Assembly (NCBI GenBank): GCA_964016885.1
Contig: OZ024753.1
Span: 35,774,001-35,838,000 of the forward strand
Direction: 5' to 3'
Source: Eledone cirrhosa
Taxonomy: Eukaryota
Length of the DNA stretch: 64,000 nt
Shown here one piece after another: positions 52,870 to 64,000 of this stretch (position 1 is the first letter of the stretch; the number at the start of each line of letters is the position of its first letter). The position numbers and the translations under genes were made by a program. The notes beneath the pieces were generated by a model, which saw nothing but the letters and a program-made list of their open reading frames with translations, did no database searches and had not been told where the DNA came from.

Positions 52870-55800
52870 CTACAGGCTGATATAGAGAGAAGGCCCATTC
52901 ACACGGGCCATTCTCGCAACTTTCACCCACCTTTCATAAAACTGGCTGGGGTGCAGCACCTCTCTCTCCATCCTAATCCTTCTTCCGAAATGGTATCGGA
53001 AGAAAAGGACCAGTTGTTGGCCGGAAAGAAAGGTGTCTGACCTCAGCCCTTGTAGACGCATCTACCATACAACCTCTTTTACCATGGCTATTACACAGAG
53101 GAAGACCGCCTCTCCTTCATTTTTGAAGGGGGGAGGCGGCTTGATCTTACAATGGACTCGGTGGTCAACCTAATTGGTCCCACCCGTGACAGCAGTTGTT
53201 TGACATAGCCCCACAGATCGGTAACACCCAGGCAGTGTACCAATGCGTGCGCGATGGTTTCCTCGTCGCGCACGCATCTGGGACAGATCTTTTTCGAGGG
53301 GTCCCTACCCGGGCGCCCGTGTCTGTAGAGCTTATCCCGAACGGGCAGAGCCCCTCGGTATCACTGCCAGGCCAAGGACTTCTGGAAGTTGTCCATAGGT
53401 CTTGGGCCGAAAGTCCTAGCGAATAGGCTGGCCAGTTCGTCCTCCTCCATGCCTAGGGTTTCTCTGAGGGCGTCGTCGCACCTGCTAACCACCAGCCCTC
53501 TATAGAATGACGAGGTGGAGTCTCCACCGATAGCCGGGTCCGCCTGCCAGAGAGCCGTGAGTGCCTGGGCACACTTGGTGTGCCAGTCGCCCAGTTTTCT
53601 CGGTCTTTGCTTCACCCATGACTGCAGCTCGGTGAGCGAGACGAGACTTAGGAAGGCTCGTCTCACAAACGGGGCCCACACCGGTTGACCGGTGAGGAAT
53701 ACCTGGAGGTGCCGTAGCCTCAATGCGTGTTTACGCAGTTTTAGCCACGGCATCCCCAGCCCTCCTTTCAAAGGGTGTTGACAGCAGATGGATCTCCTCA
53801 CCAGGGGAGACCTCTTCTTCCAAAGGAAGTGAAAGAGAGCGCGCTCCATTTTGGCAAGGATCTCACCCAGGCAAGGCACAACAGTCAAGCGGTAATAGAT
53901 GATGGACGCTATGTAAGCGTTCGCCACCTCCGCCCAACCTTTCAGGGATAGTTTGCACTCGGCCCACTTCTGGGTCAGTGCAAGCACCCTATTCGTCACC
54001 TCACCCCAGTTTTTCTCCACTTGGAGGTCCAGTCCGAACCAGACCCCAAGCAACTTCACCGGGCCCTCCGTCCACAGTCCGACGATACCATCGGACGACA
54101 TCGGTTTGCCCCTCCACTCGATGAGTTGCAAAGCGACTGACTTGTCCCGGTTCAGCTTAGCCCCTGTCAACCTTTCGTACTCCTCCAGTAAGGTGCCGAT
54201 TGCCTCGATTACTGTTACCTCATCGGCATAGGCCGACACCGCTTTGCGCAATCCCGGTTTCAAAGGGACCCCCTGCAACAACTCCAACTTCCGCAGTAGT
54301 GGCTCGAGAGCAAATACATACAGAAGGGAGGAGAGAGGGCACCCCTGTTGGATGGAGCGGGTGATTTCGAACGGCTCCGAGAGGTAGCCGTTCACCTTGA
54401 CTCTAGAGCAGATGCAGCTGCTGTGCATGGCAGTGATCCAGCCCCTGAAAACGGGTCCGAAACCAGCCGCCGTTAGCACCGCATCCAGGTAACCATGGTC
54501 CACCCTATCGAAAGTTTTAGACTGATCTAAATTTATCAGGGCCCCACCAAAGCCGGGTTTGTTCCCAACCCTCTCTATGATGTATCACATGAGGTGGAGG
54601 TTGTCGTGGATGGGCCTGGATGGGATAGCGCATGTCTGCGCATCTCCCACCAGGCCCCCCACGACAAGCGCCAACCTTTTCGCTAACACCTTGGCCAAAA
54701 TCTTTAACTCTGCATTTAGCAGAGTTATGGGCCTAAAATTACTCATGTCATCCCCCTTGTTCTCGTCCTTCCTCACTAGTGAGACTACGCCCTTGATCAC
54801 AGAACAGGGAATTCTGCCTTTCTGTTGCCAGTTGCAGTAGACCCCCTCGAGGAGATCAGGGAACAAGTCCGGCATATTAATATATAGTTCGTAGGGCAGA
54901 CCATCGAGCCCTGGAGATTTGCGTTTGCCGCATAGGCTCAGCACGTCGCCTATTTCAGCAGCTGAGATCGGCCCGTCGCAGGACCTCGCCTCTTTGTCTG
55001 AAAGACGCGGCAGGCCGTCGAGGTATGGACCGAAATCCACATCTCCAACCGGCCCCCCCGCCCCTCCCGAACAATCGGGCAAAGTGCCTTTGAAAGGCCT
55101 CGCACATTTGCTTAGGTTCAAGGATCACCCGTCCATCCTGGTCTTGCAAAGACCGGATAGTGGATCTAATCCCACTTTTGGCTTCTGTCACGCGGGCCCA
55201 GCTAACAGCTTTGGTCCCCTCGTTTCCCGGAGCACGTATTTTGCTTCGGACAACACAGCCTTCATGTTTCACGCCGAAGAACTGGCTCAAGGCCGTTCTC
55301 GACGCTTACACTCTGGCCACGTTGCTGCTTCTCATTGCCTCTTCAACATTAACTACCAACACCCTTTCCTTCCTATTTCTATCTGAGGCTAACTTCTTAC
55401 TAACTCCTATTGAAACTACTCTAATCTCTCTTTTCAGAGAGCCCCACCACCTGCTGTTGACGATAGCGCCCGTCAACCGCTCCTTAACTAAGGTTCTAAT
55501 CCGGTCCCTGTAAGCTCTACTTGCCGGTAAGGACAAGTTGAGCTTCCAGTAACCGGATCCCTGCCTATGCATTCTATCAAAGTGGACTACGCAGGTCACT
55601 AACTTGTGGTCTGAATAGCCCACCATGAGCATTTCCGGACAACTTAAAAAGTCCCTATCCTTAATTCTAACTAAGAACCTATCTAGGTACGATCTAGATT
55701 GACCGCTGTAGTTTGTCCAAGTCCAGGTTGGCACAGTCGGAAAATCTAGTCAATATCTATTGGCCAGGTCAAATCGGCTGATTAACCCCTTGAGGTTGTT

Positions 55801-56263
55801 ACACCCCCCTCTATCGGGACATGCCCCTACATAGTCACAACGTGCATCTAGGATACCATTCCAGTCCCCCACTAAAAGAAGTCTCCAGACGATGGAAGAA
55901 GTCCGACCGCATTGCCCCAAAAGGGGCGTAAACGGCGGCCAGCCTAAAAGCTTCGCTTTCACCACTGCCAAGGTCCAGAACCACTAGTCGACCCTCCGGG
56001 TCCAAGTGTACCGTCTATGTGGCGAGGCCCAGATGTTTTTGCAGCAGAACGACAACCCCACCCCCACCTCCAGGCTGACAGAGAGATGCGTGCATCTCAA
56101 AGTCATCAAAGGTGGGGGTTAGTTGTTGCATGCTGCTGATCCGGGCCTCGCAAATAACCATCACATTTATACCTCGTGACCTGAGGTCATTTAGAAGTTT
56201 AGCTTGCTTCCAAGGTGAGCCCAAGCCACGCGCATTTAGACAACCTACTCTTAACACAGCCAT
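52870..56263 (-). pseudogene. Tx1/L1 ORF2 (AP endonuclease-RT), frameshifted
   Basis: GCLNARGL, VGDWN, SYLDRF, SDH, YWKLN, KSPGLDGLP, NFRPITLLN, QGCPLS, AYADE, EETIAHALVHC spread over at least 7 ORF pieces. Confidence 0.9.
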
Positions 56264-56286
56264 GTAGGTGGTAAAGAAAGAGGCAC

Positions 56287-57735
56287 TTACCTCTCTGCGT
56301 CCCGGGGTCCGGGCTGTTCAGTTTCCATGGGAGTGGTGGAGGGGTTGTTGGGTGGGGTGGTGGTTTGTGGTGGTGTGGGGGTATTAGTGTGTGGTGGGGT
56401 TGGGGTATTTGGAGTTGTGTGGGTGTCTGTGGAGGGGGGTGGGTAATCTTTTAAGAGGACGCGGTTAAACGGTTTGTTACAGGGGGGCCCCACGTCCTCT
56501 TTATAAACGTTTTTTAACGTTTGATAAAGGTTTATGGGGACCTTTATCATTTTGAGGTGTGGAGAGTCATCCACTGTCTTAAAATTTGGCCCTTCGGTGC
56601 AAACCGAAGGGTTGCTGTTTATTATATTGAGCAGTTTTGTTTTGTTTGTTGATGTAAGTGTACTGTAATGGTTTTTTTCTGTGATGCTGTTAGTGTTGTG
56701 TAATGGAGAGGGGTGCTTTGTGTTGTGTTGGTTTCTTCTGTGTTTGTTTGGTTTCTGTTAGTGGTATGTTTCCTTTTTTTCCTTTTTACTGGTCGGAATG
56801 GCTCTCCTTCATCTTCGCTATGCTCCGATGTAAGGAGATTTTCGTCCGTGTTCGGGGGTAGGGGGATATTTTGTGGTAGTGTTGTGTTGGTGTGTGTATT
56901 TTTGATTGTTTTCTGTGTGGGGTGGGTGGGTGTGACTGATTTGTTTCGTGGTCTTTGTTTTTATTGTTGTGATGGTGGTGCTGGAGGTGGTGTTGTTGGT
57001 TTTTGTTGTCGTTGTGGTGATGGTGGTGTATTTTGTTGTTTTTGTGGTGGTGGTGCTGGTTGTTTTTGTTGTTGTTGTGGTGTTTGTAGCAGTGGTTTTT
57101 TTGTTGTTAGTAGAGGGCAGGCAGTCCTCAGGTGACCTCTGCCAGCACAGTGGTAATGTGAGGGCCTCCTGCCTTCCACCGTAATATTAATGAAGGTTCG
57201 ACCATCCAGTAGTACTCGGTCGGGTATTCCGGCGATTCTCTCTGGTGTCATCTGTATGAGAACCTCCAGACTTTTCCCCCCGAACAGTCCACTAGTGGAC
57301 TCACCTGCTGATACTAGAATGTCCTTTTCTAGGTCCGTGAATTCTGTCAGGACGGACCAGATGTCTACTTCTGGCGGTGAGCTCCACATTCTTAGTCTTT
57401 GTGTTCTTCTTCCTTTATATGTGGGGAAGAAGGTGTATTGTGGTGACACTATAGGTGCCACCGAGCATTTTTGAGCCAGCATTTGGTCCTTCATTCAGAC
57501 CATAATGCTTTCAATAAAGAGTATGTCTTTTTTAATGTCTTTCAGAACCAGCTCAATTTGACTTTCTGTCAATTGAGCTGGTTTTCTTGTTGCATTGGAT
57601 ATAGTCCTGAAAGTTATAGTATTCCTATATGCCTGTTGACGAAATTCTTCTGGGGAGTTGATCGTAAAAGAACCATCCTCCCCAAAAGATACGTATTTTC
57701 TGGCATTTAGTAAGTTTTGCTTAGCGTTAGTAATG
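56287..57735 (-). pseudogene. Tx1/L1 ORF1 with degenerate zinc knuckle
   Basis: EGRRPSHYHCAGRGHLRTACP (CCHC with the first C replaced by H), then a Pro/Gln/Thr-rich tail; ends 23 nt before the ORF2 ATG. Confidence 0.75.
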
Positions 57736-57749
57736 TCTATGCCAGGACA

Positions 57750-59819
<2,070 letters not shown>

Positions 59820-60019
59820 NNNNNNNNNNNNNNNNNNNNNNNNNNNNNNNNNNNNNNNNNNNNNNNNNNNNNNNNNNNNNNNNNNNNNNNNNNNNNNNNN
59901 NNNNNNNNNNNNNNNNNNNNNNNNNNNNNNNNNNNNNNNNNNNNNNNNNNNNNNNNNNNNNNNNNNNNNNNNNNNNNNNNNNNNNNNNNNNNNNNNNNNN
60001 NNNNNNNNNNNNNNNNNNN
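59820..60019. other. Assembly gap, 200 N
   Basis: Run of N. Confidence 1.
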
Positions 60020-60310
60020 AGAGAGAGGGGGTTGAGGGGTAAATAACAGTAGTAGTTTTTGTGTAAATCTAATACATTCATAAATATTCATGATTTGTTT
60101 GTTTCAGCATCAGCAGCAGTCACTCTGGGGGTCATTACTTCAGTGTCAGGGAGAGATAGATATGTGATGGGGGAGGCTCTTTACCTCAGTGCCAGGGAGA
60201 GATAGATATGTGGGTGACAGGGCATGACAATAGAGATATGGGGGAATCTGTATTTGAAGAAAGAGTGAATAGGTAAGTTTTAAAATGAGACATATCTATA
60301 TCTCTCTCTC

Positions 60311-60349
<39 letters not shown>

Positions 60350-60411
60350 AGAAAGATAGAGAGAGAGGAGAGACGGGGGGGGGGGGGTTAGAAAGTGACA
60401 GGTAGATAGAT

Positions 60412-61385
60412 AAATTTCTTTATTAGCCACAAGGGCACAAAAGAAGGGGGCAAATACAAATGGGGAGTTTACATACAGGTATATGAAAATAAAACTATTC
60501 ATAAAATAACAAATAACAATTGAAATCCCCAATAGGGGGGAGGCGTTACACAGGGGTTGTACACACCCCGAAAAAATGTACAACCCTCATCTCCAGGAGC
60601 ACCAAGGTCAGGTAGATAGATAAATAGGTAGATAGAGAAGTAAAGAAAAAGATAGGTAGATATGTGGATAGATAGATATGTTTCTTTATTAGCCACAGGG
60701 GCACAAAAGAAGGGGACAAATACAAAGGGGGAAGTTTACATACAATAAAAACGTGTAAAATACTATCACAAATGTAGAGATAGATAGGTAGGTAGAAGAG
60801 ATAGATAGGTAAATAGATAATTCTCTTTTTATTTGCCACCAGGGCATCAAAAAGTGGGACAAGTACTATGGGGGAGTTTACATAACAAGGCGTCCTCAAT
60901 AAGGAGGAGGCAATAACAAAATATAAAAATAAAATAAAATATGACAAAATAAAATTTATAACAAAATCCTCAATAGAGCCTTGGGGGGTCGCACACACCT
61001 CCGAAAAAAAGTGTGCAACCCTTCTCCTCAGGAGCACAGAGACGGGGGGCTCCCTTGGTCTTTCATCTTCCTCACCTATAGTCTGATGTAGAGTGAAGGC
61101 CCATTCACACGGGCCATTCTCGCCACTTTCACCCATCTTTCATAGAAACGGCTGGGGTGCAGCACCTCTCTCTCCATCCTGATCCTTCTTCCGAAATGAT
61201 ATCGGAAGAAACGGACCAGTTGTTGGCCAGAGAGAAAGGTGTCTGACTTCAGTCCTTTCAGACGTGTCCACCATACAACCTCTTTCACCATGGCTATTAC
61301 ACACAGAAACACCGCCTCTCCTTCGTTTTTGAAGAGGGGAGGCGGCTTGATCGTTTCAATAGACTCGGTGGTCAACCGGATCGGT
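60412..61385 (-). mobile_element. Three stacked 3' fragments of the Tx1/L1 family (60412-60609, 60681-60772, 60820-61385)
   Basis: Each matches the 52622-52850 3' end; the longest encodes FFRYHFGRRIRMEREVLHPS; fragments are separated by (GATA)/(GGTA) repeats. Confidence 0.88.
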
Positions 61386-61530
61386 ATGGATAGATAGATA
61401 GGTAGATAGATAGATAGGTAGATAGATAGGTAATGTGAGAAGAGGGGAAGAAAGTGAGAGAAAAATAGAATTAAAGAGAAGCAGTGTAAGAAAAATCAAA
61501 AACAACAAAAAAAACAACATTAAAAGATGA

Positions 61531-61572
<42 letters not shown>

Positions 61573-62154
61573 GGGTGGGTAAGAGAGACAGAGTGTGTGG
61601 GAGAGAGAAGAGTGTGTGAGAAAGACAGATAGAGATTGTAAGATGAGGGAGAGAGAGAGAGATAAAGAGAACGAGAGCATAACATAAATAAAGAGGAAGT
61701 AATAAAAAGGGAAGAAATAAACAAAAAGTGAGAAAGAAAAAGAAGAGAAAGGGAGGGAGCAGTAGCGTGAGGTAATAAAGAAATTTAATTGTTTATTAAT
61801 TCGAAACTTAGCAGCAAAGGAGATGGTTTTGAAATAAGAGAGGGATCTATTATTAATACATATTTATTGTTGTTGTTAAATCCAAGAGATAGGAGAGAGG
61901 GACGGAGGAGGAAGATAGGAGAGAGGGACGGAGGAGGAAGATAGGGAGGAAGAGAGACAGAAGAAAAAGAAAGATAGAGGGGATGGGAAAGAAGTGAAAG
62001 AGATGATCTCTCTTTCTCTCTCATATATATATGTTTAAAAGTTAAACAAGGTTCAATGAATAAATCAAAGAATGAGTTTTACAATAGATTGGAAGCACTC
62101 AACAAAGACTGAATCTTAACCATCTACTATGTCAGGGTATGTCATGCATCATCT

Positions 62155-62221
62155 TATTTTATCTGATGAGGACGTACTGTTGAAGTTAACTCAGTACCTC
62201 TGAAATATGTATAATAAAATA
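62155..62221 (+). ncRNA. Type I hammerhead ribozyme (family H1 relative)
   Basis: UAUUUUAU-CUGAUGA-GGAcGUACUG..CAGUACcUCU-GAAA-UAUGUA-UA-AUAAAAUA. Confidence 0.72.
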
Positions 62222-62264
62222 TACTTAATCACAAGAATATCTATTTTGTTAATATTTTGAATTA

Positions 62265-62426
<162 letters not shown>

Positions 62427-62466
62427 GTATATTTATATATATATATTTATATATATATATCAAAGT

Positions 62467-62814
62467 GGAGGCACATGGCTTAGTGGTTAGAGCATTGGCC
62501 TTGCAATCGAAAGGTTGTGAGTTCAATTCTCAGACCAGGTGATGTGTTGTTTCCTTGAGCAAGACACTTTATTTCACATTGCTCCAGTTTACTCAGCTGT
62601 AGAAATGAGATGATAGGGACTGGGGTCCCTATCATTCCACTGCAAAGTGGTCGTGGAGGTGCCACGGCAAAAAAGCACCCAGCACTCACTGTAAATGAGG
62701 TTGGTGTTAGGAAGGGCATCCTGCTGTAGAAATCAAGCCAGAATCAGTTCCCGTCCCACCCTTGCAAGCAGGGAAAAGCGGACGTAAAATGAAATGATGA
62801 ATGATGATGATGAT
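62467..62814 (+). mobile_element. SINE family B, full length
   Basis: A/B boxes, CORE-like domain, RTE-1a tail; between (TA)n arrays. Confidence 0.92.
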
Positions 62815-62825
62815 ATATATATATT

Positions 62826-63038
<213 letters not shown>

Positions 63039-63092
63039 ATTTATATATATATATATTTATATATATATATATATATTTATATTAGATAGAGA

Positions 63093-63197
63093 TCATCATC
63101 ATCATCAACGTTTAACGTGTTCCACGCTTGCATGGGTTTGGACGGGGGTAGCCCCACTTGAGGCAAGAGTGATTGTCTTGCTCGCATAGGACTGTCT
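63093..63197 (-). mobile_element. RTE family 1b tail fragment
   Basis: Reverse-complement match to 3712-3826. Confidence 0.8.
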
Positions 63198-63560
63198 GAG
63201 ATATATATATATATATATAGATATATATATATATAGATATATATATATATATATATAGATATATATAGATATATATATAGATATATATATAGATATATAT
63301 ATAGATATATATATAGATATATATATAGATATATATATAGATATAGATATAGATATAGATATAGATATATATATAGATAGATATATAGATAGATATATAT
63401 ATAGATATATATATAGATATATATATATATATAGATATATATATAGATATATATATAGATATATATAGATATATATATAGATATATATAGATATATAGAT
63501 ATATATAGATATATAGATATATATATATAGATATATATATATATATAGATATATATATAT

Positions 63561-63908
63561 TCATTCATTCATTCATTCATTTCATTTTACGTCCGCTTTT
63601 TCCCTGCTTGCAAGGGTGGGACGGGAATTGATTCTGGCTTGATTTCTACAGCTGGATGCCCTTCCTAACACCAACCTCATTTACAGTGTGGGCTGGGTGC
63701 TTTTATGCCGTGGCACCTCCACGACCACTTTGCAGTGGAATGATATGGACCCCAGTCCCTATCATCTCATTTCTACAGCTGAGTAAACTGGAGCAATGTG
63801 AAATAAAGTGTCTTGCTCAAGGAAACAACACATCACCCGGTCTGAGAATTGAACTCACAACCTTTCGATTGCAAGGCCAATGCTCTAACCACTAAGCCAT
63901 GTGCCTCC
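63561..63908 (-). mobile_element. SINE family B, full length, inverted relative to the 62467 copy
   Basis: Reverse-complement match. Confidence 0.92.
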
Positions 63909-64000
63909 ATATATATATATATATATAGATATATATATATATATATAGATATATAGATATATATATATATATATATATAGATATATATATATATATATAT

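Larger units (their letters stand above)
52622..57745 (-). mobile_element. Near full-length, decayed Tx1/L1-clade LINE
   Basis: ORF1 plus ORF2 (APE, RT, C-terminal Zn finger); short 3' UTR with AATAAA followed by (TCTA)n. Confidence 0.92.

Noticed and set aside
60108-60272. Exon-like segment (tttcag ... AG/gtaagt, 165 nt)
   Set aside because: Stops occur in all three frames and there is no homology; it could be a UTR or lncRNA exon but is unsupported

Overview
AT-rich eukaryotic (animal) genomic DNA made almost entirely of repeats. The mix of huge (TA)n arrays, RTE LINEs with (ATG)n tails and tRNA-derived SINEs suggests an octopod cephalopod, but that is inference only. I recognise no host protein-coding gene, rRNA, true tRNA or CRISPR array, and most ORFs in the track are microsatellite translations. 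Supported content: a 98-108 bp satellite (1-3040); at least three RTE LINE families, one with a C4HC3 PHD-like finger inside its RT; a near full-length but decayed Tx1/L1 LINE (52622-57745) plus three 3' fragments stacked in (GATA)n; an L2/CR1 remnant; several SINE families; piggyBac-, mariner- and hAT-type MITEs; and a 200-N gap. The most interesting signal is invisible in the ORF track. About nine type-I hammerhead ribozyme motifs (CUGAnGA...GAAA...UH) from at least four sequence families sit in short cassettes beside (TA)n. One family is tied to a Penelope-like GIY-YIG C-terminus and a conserved ORF start. Three cassettes are foldbacks: two near-perfect palindromes with a hammerhead on each strand, and one hammerhead clamped by a 29-bp stem. 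All structures were read by eye and need covariance-model and cleavage tests.
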